From contig JADGPZ010000003.1 of the NCBI GenBank assembly GCA_017882165.1, positions 878 to 64,877 on the forward strand: a stretch of 64,000 nt of DNA. Reading direction: 5' to 3'. The DNA comes from Candidatus Kapaibacterium sp. Its GTDB lineage: Bacteria > Bacteroidota > Ignavibacteria > Palsa-1295. Position 1 is the stretch's first letter, and each line of letters starts with the position of its first letter. Both the position numbers and the translations under genes were made by a program. Shown in pieces: positions 8,906 to 19,798 of this stretch. The notes under the pieces are model-generated. The model saw nothing but the letters and a program-made list of their open reading frames with translations, was not told the DNA's origin and searched no databases.

Positions 8906-9547
8906 CTACTTCGGATACCCGACTGACTGAGCGAACAGCACTCGCTGTTCCGGTCGCAATCCGAGCTGCTGCGCGAGACCGGCCTTGTCGCAGTTGTGGA
9001 ACCAGGCCCCAAGTCCATGCGCCGCGGCGAACAGATACACGTTCGCGGCAATCATGCCGGTACTCACATAGTCGTACGACTTCTGCACGTCCGGATCGAG
9101 CAGCCCCGGCTCCTGAAATCCCGCCGTGTGAGTCAGACGATGAGTGTCAGCAACGTAGATTAGCTGCACGGGCGCGCTCGCCTCAACGCCCCGCTGACCG
9201 GGCGTCATCGCACCGGCTCGCAAGTCGCCTTCGACGACTGGCTCAAGCAAGTTATGTATCGCGTCATAGAGATACACACCATCCTCGAATGCCACATACA
9301 AATCGACCGCCTGCGAATTACTGGCAGAGGCTGCCGTCCGGCCGTAAATTCCGAGCGGACCAGTGCTGCGGTTCACGCCACAGGCAGCCCAAAGGAGATT
9401 TGAAGTCATCTGCCAAGGCAGAGGCGATGGGCTAATTCCCCGCGTTGTTTCTCGGCGCCAAAGTGATTCGAAGACCGAGAGCCCTCCTTCGTCAGCCGGT
9501 TTGGGAAGCTGAATCGCAGTTAGGGTTTGTGTTAATACGTTGTTCAT
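8906..9547 (-). CDS. Nitroreductase-family / SagB-type dehydrogenase domain protein
   Basis: 213 aa from ATG 9547 (MNNVLTQ...). Nitroreductase-like sequence by my recollection. Confidence 0.55.
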   Translation of the reverse strand: MNNVLTQTLTAIQLPKPADEGGLSVFESLWRRETTRGISPSPLPWQMTSNLLWAACGVNRSTGPLGIYGRTAASASNSQAVDLYVAFEDGVYLYDAIHNLLEPVVEGDLRAGAMTPGQRGVEASAPVQLIYVADTHRLTHTAGFQEPGLLDPDVQKSYDYVSTGMIAANVYLFAAAHGLGAWFHNCDKAGLAQQLGLRPEQRVLFAQSVGYPK

Positions 9548-9776
9548 GGCTAATCGGAACTGGAAAAAATGTGCCACAGCAAGGATGCGACGAATGCACT
9601 GCTTATTCGCTCATCCGCACCTGCCCTCGCAGCACATTGGAAGAAATCTTGATGCCACCCGGCAAATGCCGAGTGCAAGGCAGGTGTGTCAGGGTTTCCA
9701 GTAGACGCAAGCAGGGTGCCGTAGTGACGTGCTGCGCGCGTCCTCGGGCCGCTCCGTTAGGAGCGCGATATTTGTA

Positions 9777-9960
9777 GCCCCGGGTTTTAACCCGGGGTTA
9801 ACGAAGACCAAAGATTTTTTTAGCTCCGTCCAGCGCCCACGCTGGGGAGCGAAATAGTCCCGCCCGTATTATATGTCGCTCCGATGGAGCTTGCCGCACA
9901 TTTGTGATTCGCAACCGCCGGTTGAAACCGGCGGCTACAAATATTGCGCCCCTACGGAGC
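9777..9960. repeat. Cluster of GC-rich hairpins (ccccgggttttaacccgggg; ccgccggttgaaaccggcgg) in an intergenic region
   Basis: Perfect palindromes are visible. Similar hairpin clusters sit near 5800 and 11900. Confidence 0.35.
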
Positions 9961-10183
9961 GGGAGCCGCAGCACGCATCCCACTCATCCCTCACATCCCA
10001 ATAATCCCAGTTCAGCCTCCCCGCGCCGGTTTCTTCGTAAATTGCAGCATGAACAAGGGGCGCCGTATCCTCCGAAGCCCGCGCTACCCGGATTTATCGC
10101 TCGGACGCTCGACGTTTGAGCGTGCGCACGCGGAGGATCGACAAATCTTAGGACTCTTCGCTCCCAGTGGTAGTTACTATTGG

Positions 10184-11842
10184 ATGCGAAGAATGCTCGC
10201 CATCTGCTCTGTTATGATGATCAGTGCCCTCGGCTGCGCTGAGAATAGTCCGTTTACCCAGTCCTCAACGAAGTGGATGGCTGCATACATCAAGGCGTGG
10301 GGCTTCCTGAAGTATTACCACCCGGATGTAACGCAAGGTAAGGTCAACTGGGATTCGACTTTTTTGGCTCAATACCAGAAGGCATGCTCATGTAATGATG
10401 CAAAGGATTTCTCAATCATCGCATCGGATCTGATACACACCGCTGGTGGGGTAAAGTCTTATGGCTATCGGAGTCCCGATGAGTTGAAGGTACTTGATGA
10501 GTCTGATACTAATCTCCTTGACCTTAGATGGTTGAAAGACAGATCTTTGGTCACGCCGGATATTCAGAGGTCGTTGGACTCCATCCGCAGTAATGTCGTA
10601 CCTGAGTGGACTTCGTATGTTGTGCATGGGGAATCCGGTACATCCGATGTTGGAAGCGACGTTGCTCATGATTCTGACGTGACAACAACGATGCCCGTTC
10701 GGATGTTGGCGCTTGCACGATATTGGAATGTAATCGAGTACTTCGCTCCTGACAAAGATGTGATTGGCGAATCGTGGGACTCCATTCTTTATCGATTTAT
10801 CCCACGAATCGCTGCGTCGACGACCGAGAGCGAGTATCAACTTGCAATGGCAGAATGCTGTAATAGTATCCACGATACACATTCTTATACGTCCAGCGCC
10901 ACTATCGACTCGATTTTGGGGCAATATGTGTTGCCAATTCGATTGTCTCGTATCGAAGGTAAAGTTATTGTTCGTCGTCCATGTCTCGGGATTTCGACTT
11001 CATTGAAACCAGGCGACGAGATCTTGGCCATTAACGGCATGCGTTTGTCCGATCGGCGCAAGACCTTGGCCAAGCTTGCTTCCGCTTCAAACGATGCGGC
11101 ACTCGAACGAAATATTTGTTGGTGGATGACACGTTGTGCATACAAGGATTCGGTTCTCATTGAATATCGATCGGTCAATGGGATTCAATCCTGCAAAGTG
11201 AAACCGCTTACCATCGAGGAATTTAAGAAGATTGTTGAAATTGATTCGTCAAAGCACTGGAAGATTCTGGATGGTAATATTGGATTCGTTAATATGGGGG
11301 AGCTTACCGTCGCGGAAGTGAAACAGGCGATGTCGGATTTAGCTCGAACGAAGGCGATCATTTTCGATGTCCGCAATTACCCGAAAGGGACGCTATGGAG
11401 TTTGGCGACTTATCTAAGGGTGAATGCGCCTTGGGTCTCGTGGCGACGCCCAGATTTCCATTCTCCCGGCTCATTCATTCGTGAATCATCGCAAACGAAT
11501 AGCTATTTAAGTTCGACCAAGGGCTATAGAGGCCGAGTGATCGTTCTGGTTAATGAAAATACGCAGTCTCATGCTGAGTATACGGCAATGATGCTCCGAA
11601 GGGCTGAACGTTCAGTCGTGATTGGTAGTCAAACGGCCGGGGCGGATGGGAATGTTGTTCGAATGACGTTGCCCGGTGGTATCCATACGATTTTTAGCGG
11701 TCTCGGCGTCTTTTATCCCGATGGTAAACCGACTCAGCGAGTCGGAATCGTCCCAGACATCCATGTCGAGCCGACCATCGCAGGTCTTCGCGCTGGCAGA
11801 GACGAAGTCCTTGAGCGGGCGATCGAGGTTGCCAAGGAATAG
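10184..11842 (+). CDS. S41-family peptidase (C-terminal processing protease-like) lipoprotein
   Basis: Probable start MRRMLAICSVMMISALGCAEN (lipobox LGC). S41 catalytic region VIVLVNENTQSHAEYTAMMLR ... GSQTAGADGN ... GIVPDIHVEP. Confidence 0.7.
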   Translation: MRRMLAICSVMMISALGCAENSPFTQSSTKWMAAYIKAWGFLKYYHPDVTQGKVNWDSTFLAQYQKACSCNDAKDFSIIASDLIHTAGGVKSYGYRSPDELKVLDESDTNLLDLRWLKDRSLVTPDIQRSLDSIRSNVVPEWTSYVVHGESGTSDVGSDVAHDSDVTTTMPVRMLALARYWNVIEYFAPDKDVIGESWDSILYRFIPRIAASTTESEYQLAMAECCNSIHDTHSYTSSATIDSILGQYVLPIRLSRIEGKVIVRRPCLGISTSLKPGDEILAINGMRLSDRRKTLAKLASASNDAALERNICWWMTRCAYKDSVLIEYRSVNGIQSCKVKPLTIEEFKKIVEIDSSKHWKILDGNIGFVNMGELTVAEVKQAMSDLARTKAIIFDVRNYPKGTLWSLATYLRVNAPWVSWRRPDFHSPGSFIRESSQTNSYLSSTKGYRGRVIVLVNENTQSHAEYTAMMLRRAERSVVIGSQTAGADGNVVRMTLPGGIHTIFSGLGVFYPDGKPTQRVGIVPDIHVEPTIAGLRAGRDEVLERAIEVAKE

Positions 11843-11889
11843 TCTACTCCGTGCATTCTGCACTTTGTCGTTGCCGCGTCGGGCGGGTT

Positions 11890-12100
11890 AGCGTGCAACC
11901 AAAACCACACACGACCTGAGCGGCCGGTGTGCAGGTGCCGGGCAACCAGGACCTGGATCCCCGCTTCTGCGGGGATGACAATGTGGTGCGGGCCGGGAAA
12001 CCCGGACGCTACAATTTTTGACTATTTTTGGAAAGCTCTTGCGTGGCGGTTTTTCATGTGTTATATTGCTCGTGAGGTTATGGGCACCTATTCTAAAAGA
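11890..12100. repeat. Hairpin-rich intergenic repeat element (ggatccccgcttctgcggggatgaca 11955-11980; gggccgggaaacccgg 11990-12005)
   Basis: Shares motifs with 5849-5873 and with the inverted pair at 29351-29435. Confidence 0.4.
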
Positions 12101-12363
12101 ACGTGTGTCTTGTCTAACAGCAGTTTATTCATGAACTCCAATCAAAAAAGAGAAATCAAAAAAATTTGATGTGTGGCGTTTTTGGAACGGAGTGGGCATT
12201 GTTCATGAAGCACAAACGCTCGCGCGCAATAGAGCATGCGAAAAGTACATTGCCGTGTGGAAGCGGCATTGCTATCCTCAAGCGATTCTTCGCTGCGCTC
12301 AGAATGACGGACATTGAAACTGACCTTCTACCATTTTCTCGGAACAAGCCCCTCCCTGTTCCG

Positions 12364-12371
12364 TAAATTTG
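12364..12371 (+). promoter_or_regulatory. TAAATTTG: candidate -7 element (TAnnTTTG) upstream of eno
   Basis: Exact motif 26 nt upstream of ATG 12397. Confidence 0.25.
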
Positions 12372-12384
12372 CACTTCACATTAA

Positions 12385-13704
<1,320 letters not shown>

Positions 13705-13724
13705 GGGGCGAGAGCAAAAAGCAG

Positions 13725-14390
13725 ATGAAACGCGCAGCGCGTATTGGTATTACGGGAAAGCTCGGAAGCGGCAAGTCCACGCTTATGGACGTGCTTGCCT
13801 CATGCGGAATTCCGGTGATCAAGACGGATGATCTTGCGCGAGATCTCATGGTCCGGGACGCGGCGGTCCGTTCTGCCATTGAGCGGCTCGCTGGTAGCGA
13901 AGTCTATTCGGATGGTTTACTCGACCGCTCGCGGCTTGCAGCGAAGTTGTTTCACGACCCGGTACTGCGGGAGCACATCGAAGGGATCGTACACCCCGCT
14001 GTGATGCGGGAGGTCGATCTCGCATTTCGCACAGCGGAACCGAGTACACCCGTTGCCGTGGAGTCGGCACTACTGCTATCGCAGGACCTTCGGCAGCATT
14101 TCGATTATATCGTGCTGGTCGATTCCCCCGACGACGCGGTGCTGAACCGCATCCGCAACTTGAGTCATCTCAGCGATGAAGATGCTCGCGCCCGGCTGGC
14201 TGCACAGGATTACGATCACGCGAATTTCGACGAGGTCGATATTACCGTAGAAAATACCGGCGACCGCGAGGAATTCGAAGAACGCGCCCGGACGCTGGCG
14301 CAGATGCTCAAAGCACTCGCACTGCGAGACTTACCAGAGCAGCCGCTGCACAAGCGCGAGCACGATTCTGAGTCCGATGAGGAAGGCTGA
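13725..14390 (+). CDS. coaE: Dephospho-CoA kinase with an acidic C-terminal extension
   Basis: P-loop IGITGKLGSGKST, typical CoaE length plus ~30 acidic C-terminal residues. Confidence 0.75.
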   Translation: MKRAARIGITGKLGSGKSTLMDVLASCGIPVIKTDDLARDLMVRDAAVRSAIERLAGSEVYSDGLLDRSRLAAKLFHDPVLREHIEGIVHPAVMREVDLAFRTAEPSTPVAVESALLLSQDLRQHFDYIVLVDSPDDAVLNRIRNLSHLSDEDARARLAAQDYDHANFDEVDITVENTGDREEFEERARTLAQMLKALALRDLPEQPLHKREHDSESDEEG

Positions 14391-14406
14391 AGAGCATCCG
14401 CAGACC

Positions 14407-15384
14407 CTACGCGAAAGTCGTGGGATTCGCTTCGAGGTATCGCTCGGCATCAATAGCGGCCATGCAGCCGGAACCGGCAGCCGTGACGGCTTGACGATAG
14501 ACGTGATCCTGGCAATCGCCGCAAGCAAAGACGCCGGGGATATTGGTGTACGACGATTTGCCCTTTGTTTCGATGTAGCCGACCTCGTTCATGTCAATCA
14601 GGCCTCGGAATAACTCAGTGTTCGGCGAGTGGCCGATGGCAACGAAGATGCCGTTGGTCGCGACTTGTTCGGTCTTGCCTGTGACTGTATCTTCTATGAT
14701 TGCACCGGTGACGAGCTTCCTGCCCTTTTCGTCGGTGTGACCGAGGACTTCCGTGATCGCCTGATTCGTGCGCCAGTGGATTTTCGGATTCTCTTTCGCC
14801 CGGTCAAACATGATCTTCGAAGCACGGAATTCATCACGCCGGTGAACAATCGTAACGGAGTTGCAAAAGCGCGTCAGATAATTCGCTTCCTCCATTGCTG
14901 TGTCACCACCGCCAACAATGAGCACGTCCTGATTCCGGTAGAAGAAGCCATCACACGTTGCACAGGCGCTGACACCGTACCCCATGTAAATTTCCTCGCT
15001 CGGGATATTGAGCAATTTCGCCTTTGCGCCCGTCGAAATGACAACCGCTTCGGCATAGTACGTCTTGCTTCCAGCCGTAACAGCGAATGGCCGCTTCGAA
15101 AAATCAACCGCCGTGATGGTCTCGAACTTTGTGACCGTCCCGAATCGGGATACCTGCCTCCGCAGAATATCCATCATTTCCGGTCCTTGAATGCCGTGCT
15201 CGAATCCTGGGAAGTTCTCGACTTCGGTCGTGATCGTGAGTTGACCACCGGGTTGCTCGCCTTCAAACACAATCGGCGAAAGATTCGCGCGGGCCGCGTA
15301 AAGTGCAGCCGTAAACCCGGCTGGCCCGGAGCCGATGATGATAACGGGATTGACTTCTTCGCGTTTGAGGTGCGTATGGCTCAT
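14407..15384 (-). CDS. trxB: Thioredoxin-disulfide reductase
   Basis: IIIGSGPAGFTAALYAAR FAD motif, redox-active CATCDG, 325 aa. Confidence 0.9.
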   Translation of the reverse strand: MSHTHLKREEVNPVIIIGSGPAGFTAALYAARANLSPIVFEGEQPGGQLTITTEVENFPGFEHGIQGPEMMDILRRQVSRFGTVTKFETITAVDFSKRPFAVTAGSKTYYAEAVVISTGAKAKLLNIPSEEIYMGYGVSACATCDGFFYRNQDVLIVGGGDTAMEEANYLTRFCNSVTIVHRRDEFRASKIMFDRAKENPKIHWRTNQAITEVLGHTDEKGRKLVTGAIIEDTVTGKTEQVATNGIFVAIGHSPNTELFRGLIDMNEVGYIETKGKSSYTNIPGVFACGDCQDHVYRQAVTAAGSGCMAAIDAERYLEANPTTFA

Positions 15385-15386
15385 CG

Positions 15387-16322
15387 TTAATTGTTCGTTC
15401 GAGTGGCGCGGATGTTACGCTTTAGCCCAGCGAGTTTTGCGCGCTTCATGGGAGACTTGCGAAAACGAATGGAGAACTCCTCTTGCTCCATCGTTTCGAT
15501 GGTCTCACAGTCAAGCGAAAGAACTTCTTCGCGCGGGGCGAATGCTGGTATAGCAGTCGGCGTTGCAAAGCGGTTCCACGGACAGACATCCTGACAAATA
15601 TCGCAGCCGTAGATCCAACCGTTCAACTTGGAAGCAAGCTCCGGCGGAATGTCGTGCTCCGGTTTCAGCTCGATCGTGAGATACGCGATGCAGCGCCGCG
15701 CATCGATCTCGTACGGCGACGTGATCGCATCCGTTGGGCAGGCATCGATGCAGCGCGTGCAGATACCGCACATGTCCTCGGCGGGCGGATCGGATTCGAG
15801 ATCGATGTTCAGGATGATCTCGGCCAAGAAGATCCACGATCCCGCTTCGCGCGTAATGACGCTGGTATGCTTGCCGATCCAGCCAATGCCCGCGCGCTCG
15901 GCAATCTCGCGTTCGAGAAGCGGGCCCGTGTCCGTGTAGTAGCGTCCTTGCGCTTCGGGCACGATCGCTTGGATCTCTTCAAGCAACCGCGCTAACATCG
16001 ACGGGACGACCTCGTGATAATCAGTGCCCCAGGCATAGCGCGAAATCTTGTGATCGGACTCGGGAGCGATCTCGTGCGGATGATAGTAATTAATCGCCAG
16101 CGAGAGGACGCTCTTCGCATCCGGCATGATCTTCCGGACATCGCGCCGCTCCTCGTGCCGCCGCTCCATCCACTGCATGACGCCATGCGTGCCATCGGCA
16201 ATCCACGCTTGGAACCGGTCGGCAGCCTCGTCTAGCGGCTCGGCGCTCGTCACACCGGCCTTCGCAAAGCCGATTTCGAGTGCAAGTGCCTTGATGCGCG
16301 CTGTGATTTCTTGCCGGTTCAT
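15387..16322 (-). CDS. queG: tRNA epoxyqueuosine(34) reductase QueG (start uncertain; the ORF extends to 16463)
   Basis: Two 4Fe-4S ferredoxin motifs (CGICTRCIDACP, CDICQDVCPWN). QueG-like N-terminus from MNRQEITARIKALALEIGF (ATG 16322). Confidence 0.8.
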   Translation of the reverse strand: MNRQEITARIKALALEIGFAKAGVTSAEPLDEAADRFQAWIADGTHGVMQWMERRHEERRDVRKIMPDAKSVLSLAINYYHPHEIAPESDHKISRYAWGTDYHEVVPSMLARLLEEIQAIVPEAQGRYYTDTGPLLEREIAERAGIGWIGKHTSVITREAGSWIFLAEIILNIDLESDPPAEDMCGICTRCIDACPTDAITSPYEIDARRCIAYLTIELKPEHDIPPELASKLNGWIYGCDICQDVCPWNRFATPTAIPAFAPREEVLSLDCETIETMEQEEFSIRFRKSPMKRAKLAGLKRNIRATRTNN

Positions 16323-16382
16323 GGTGTTCCTTAACTTCGAAGGAGTATCAGAAGGCTCCATCAACGATAAGAATTTGTAATT

Positions 16383-18200
16383 ATGATGACCGTACACAGA
16401 AGACTTGTCCTCGCCATCATCCTTGCCTTTGCATATTGGATGCCCCACTCGGCATTTGCCCAAATCTCCATGACGTCAGCGGTGCAAGTCAGTACGGCTT
16501 TAGGCGCTCACTCCCCTGCCATGCACGTGGGCCGCGATGGCGCTGTATACGTGAGTTGGTTTCAGGCGAACGCCGATATTTATTTCAGTCGCTCGACCGA
16601 TCAGGGGCAAACGTTTGCGACGCCGGTTCGCGTCTGCAGACAGGTCACGACAAACCAGTACACCTCTCTCTTGCAGCGGGCACCGGAGTTTGCGATCGAC
16701 ACCAAAGGCGTTATTCATCTTGTCTGGACGGAAGCGCGCGTGACGAGTGCGAGTGACGTGTGGTATGTGCATTCGACCGATAGCGGCAAGACCTGGACGC
16801 CGCCACTCTCCATCATGGACCCCGGCGATTCCGCAAACTATTCGCAGGACTTCTCGGCCATTGCGTGCGACTCCTCGGACAATCTTTACGTCTCCTTTCT
16901 CGACAATCGGTACATCATGGCCAAAACGGGCAAGCATTACCGGATGCACATCGAGCGCTCGACGAATGGCGGCCAAACGTGGTCGTTACCGGTCATCGCG
17001 GATAAGCTGCCGGCTGACACCAGCGGCACATGCGAGTGCTGCCGGCAGGATATTGCCGCATCTCCAGAGGGCCACGTCTATATTGCGTTTCGCACAAATA
17101 TGACCACGCCAACCGGCGATAAGCGCGACATCTTCATCTGCCGCTCGTGGGATGGGGGCCGGACTTTCGACAGCTCCATTCGCTGCCAACTCGGCGGTTG
17201 GACGCTCGACGCGTGCCCGACGAAAGGACCGCACATTTCTCTCGACTTGAGCGAGAATCTCTTCATCGCCTGGAATGACGCTCGCGACGATATGGGAAAG
17301 CTCGTGGCATACTTCGACATGCTTCCGAAAGGCTGGAACTCAGTGTTGCCTAACTACTCTATCTCCAATAGCAACTCGCAGACAGGTCACTGGCCATACG
17401 TAGCCGTTAGTCCGACCGGACTCATCGCATACGCCTACATGCCAGGCGAGAGCCTCGGCGGACCCATCCAATTCACCTACTCATCCGACGGCGGGAACAC
17501 CTGGAACCAGTCGCGCGCGCTGCCCGGGTCGGCCGGAGACAATCAGTCGCTTCCGGAGCTTGCCTTCGACGCACGCGGCCATGTCTATGCCGTTTGGCAG
17601 GATGGCGCTGCGAATGGGATCATGTGCTCGGCAATCACTGGTCTAAATATTGCGGTTGCACCTACGAAGGTCGGACTCCCACCATTATTTTACAACATTG
17701 GTCCGATTGTGCAGCTATACTGGCTCGGCCAGTCCAAACTTCGCCTATTCACTTGGTACAGAGTGATTGTCAGCAGTGGCGGCGCTGTTGTATTCGACAG
17801 CACTGTCCGGGATACCTCTGTGACGCTTCTGACGCTTAGTCCTGGCAACTACAATTACACGATTATAGCCCATACCGTTGTCGACTCAAGCGTCGCCTCT
17901 TCGTCATTTCGTGTCGGAGCGCTCGGCGTGAATCCCGGCGAACAATACCATCCGGTCTCGATTGCCTATCCAAATCCAGCACGTTCGGGAATGGTAACCG
18001 TGTCGCTGCCGGACGCTAAGAACATTGACGTTAGTGTCGCTATCTCCGACGGCTCGGGTAGGATCGTTCGCAATATTACTTCAGCAATTTCTGATGGCGA
18101 ACTTGTACTCAATTTGCAGAGCCTTGCGAGCGGGACTTACCAGATCCAGATTACCCAGGGTGCGAATCGCTGGAATGTACCAATCATTCTCAATAACTAA
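16383..18200 (+). CDS. Secreted BNR/Asp-box repeat (sialidase-like beta-propeller) protein with a T9SS C-terminal sorting domain
   Basis: Signal peptide. Five S-x-D-x-G-x-T-W/F Asp boxes (STDQGQTF, STDSGKTW, STNGGQTW, SWDGGRTF, SSDGGNTW). C-terminal ~80 aa begins YPNPA..., typical of Por/T9SS CTDs. Confidence 0.7.
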   Translation: MMTVHRRLVLAIILAFAYWMPHSAFAQISMTSAVQVSTALGAHSPAMHVGRDGAVYVSWFQANADIYFSRSTDQGQTFATPVRVCRQVTTNQYTSLLQRAPEFAIDTKGVIHLVWTEARVTSASDVWYVHSTDSGKTWTPPLSIMDPGDSANYSQDFSAIACDSSDNLYVSFLDNRYIMAKTGKHYRMHIERSTNGGQTWSLPVIADKLPADTSGTCECCRQDIAASPEGHVYIAFRTNMTTPTGDKRDIFICRSWDGGRTFDSSIRCQLGGWTLDACPTKGPHISLDLSENLFIAWNDARDDMGKLVAYFDMLPKGWNSVLPNYSISNSNSQTGHWPYVAVSPTGLIAYAYMPGESLGGPIQFTYSSDGGNTWNQSRALPGSAGDNQSLPELAFDARGHVYAVWQDGAANGIMCSAITGLNIAVAPTKVGLPPLFYNIGPIVQLYWLGQSKLRLFTWYRVIVSSGGAVVFDSTVRDTSVTLLTLSPGNYNYTIIAHTVVDSSVASSSFRVGALGVNPGEQYHPVSIAYPNPARSGMVTVSLPDAKNIDVSVAISDGSGRIVRNITSAISDGELVLNLQSLASGTYQIQITQGANRWNVPIILNN

Positions 18201-18203
18201 ACT

Positions 18204-18611
18204 TCATCGTACCCAAACCTCTTCCCCGTCGAGCTTGACTTCATAGACTCGAATGCTCCCTGCCGCACCAATTTGCTGGCCGGTGTGCATGTCGAATATC
18301 CAGCCGTGCAAGGGGCAGGCAACCTGGCAGGTGTCGCAATCGACAAAGCCGGTTGCCATTACCGGCGAAGTCTCGTGCGGGCAGATATTCGAAATAGCGA
18401 GGATTTGTCCGTCGATATTGAAGATCGCGACCTCATCACCATCGCTATAGACGACCTTGCCTCGCTTCCCGATTGGTGGGATTTCCGAGATTTGGCAGGC
18501 ATAGAAGAATGTGCGCGGCTCTTTGCCGTTGGCATCCGCGTTCAACTCTTGCCTTGCCGCTTCGAGGGCTTCGTCGTCGATCTCGCTCACGCGTGTTCTA
18601 TCACGCTTCAA
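18204..18611 (-). CDS. Rieske [2Fe-2S] domain protein (NirD-like small ferredoxin); N-terminus uncertain
   Basis: CPHE...CPLHGW Rieske ligands. The track ORF begins with TTG and overlaps the pgk end; the true start may be later. Confidence 0.6.
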   Translation of the reverse strand: MKRDRTRVSEIDDEALEAARQELNADANGKEPRTFFYACQISEIPPIGKRGKVVYSDGDEVAIFNIDGQILAISNICPHETSPVMATGFVDCDTCQVACPLHGWIFDMHTGQQIGAAGSIRVYEVKLDGEEVWVR

Positions 18612-19791
18612 GTGCCTTCACTCCCGGCAATACTTTGCCTTCGAGAAATTCGAGGCTCGCGCCGCCACCTGTGGAGACGTGCGACATTTTGTCTGCAAGT
18701 CCGGATTGTTCGAGCGCGGCGACGCTATCGCCGCCACCCACAACGGTTGTCGCACCCGCAGCAGTCGCGTCCGCCAATGCGCGCGCGACTTCGAGCGTAC
18801 CCGTGGCGAAGTTCGGCATTTCGAAGACGCCCATCGGGCCGTTCCAGACAATCGTCTTAGCGCGCGCAATCTCCGCGCGAAACTGACTGATGGCCTCACG
18901 ACCAATATCCACACCGATCCAGTCGGCAGGAATTGCATCGACGCTTACCGTTTTGTACTCTGCCTCGTTCTTGAATTCACTGGCAATCACTGTATCGACC
19001 GGTAACACGAGTCGATCGCCGGCCTTCGCAAGGAGTGCCTTCGCCATCTCGATCTTATCTGCTTCGACGAGCGACTTGCCGATTTCCTTGCCCTGCGCCT
19101 TCAGGAACGTGTACATCATGCCACCGCCGATCAGCACTTTGTCAGTGCGCTGGAGCAGGCTTTCGATCACGTCAATCTTCCCGGAAATCTTCGCGCCTCC
19201 AATGATGGCGACGAATGGCTTTGCAGGACTTGAGAGCACGCCACCCAGATACTTCAACTCCTTGTCCATCAAGTATCCAGCGGCCTTGACACTGACGAAA
19301 TGTGTAATGCCCTCGATCGAGGCATGGGCACGGTGGGCGGCACCGAAGGCATCATCGACATAGACCTCGCAGAGTTTCGCGAGCGACTGAGCGAATGCCG
19401 GATCGTTCTTCTCTTCTTCGGGATGGAAGCGAAGATTCTCAAGCAGAAGTACTTCGCCGGGCTTAATCAGGTTTGCAAGGGCCTCGACTTCAGCGCCCAC
19501 GCAATCACCTGCGAATCTGATCTGCGCCGTCAGCAGCTCCTGCAAGTGTTTGAAGACCGGAAGTAACGAGTATTTCTCAGTCGGCACACCTTTTGGACGG
19601 CCAAGATGGCTTGCAATGATGAGCCTGGCTCCGCGATCGAGCAAGGCCTTCACCGTCGGCAAAGTAGCTCGAATCCGCGTGTCATCGGTGATGGTGTATG
19701 GTGCCTCCTTAGTGAGCGGTACGTTGAAATCAACGCGGAGAAACACCCGCTTGCCGCTTACATCAATGTCGTCAATCGTCTTGTAGGTCAT
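18601..19791 (-). CDS. pgk: Phosphoglycerate kinase
   Basis: 396 aa, MTYKTIDDIDVSGKRVFLRVDFNVP canonical PGK N-terminus. Confidence 0.97.
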   Translation of the reverse strand: MTYKTIDDIDVSGKRVFLRVDFNVPLTKEAPYTITDDTRIRATLPTVKALLDRGARLIIASHLGRPKGVPTEKYSLLPVFKHLQELLTAQIRFAGDCVGAEVEALANLIKPGEVLLLENLRFHPEEEKNDPAFAQSLAKLCEVYVDDAFGAAHRAHASIEGITHFVSVKAAGYLMDKELKYLGGVLSSPAKPFVAIIGGAKISGKIDVIESLLQRTDKVLIGGGMMYTFLKAQGKEIGKSLVEADKIEMAKALLAKAGDRLVLPVDTVIASEFKNEAEYKTVSVDAIPADWIGVDIGREAISQFRAEIARAKTIVWNGPMGVFEMPNFATGTLEVARALADATAAGATTVVGGGDSVAALEQSGLADKMSHVSTGGGASLEFLEGKVLPGVKALEA

Positions 19792-19798
19792 ACGAGTT

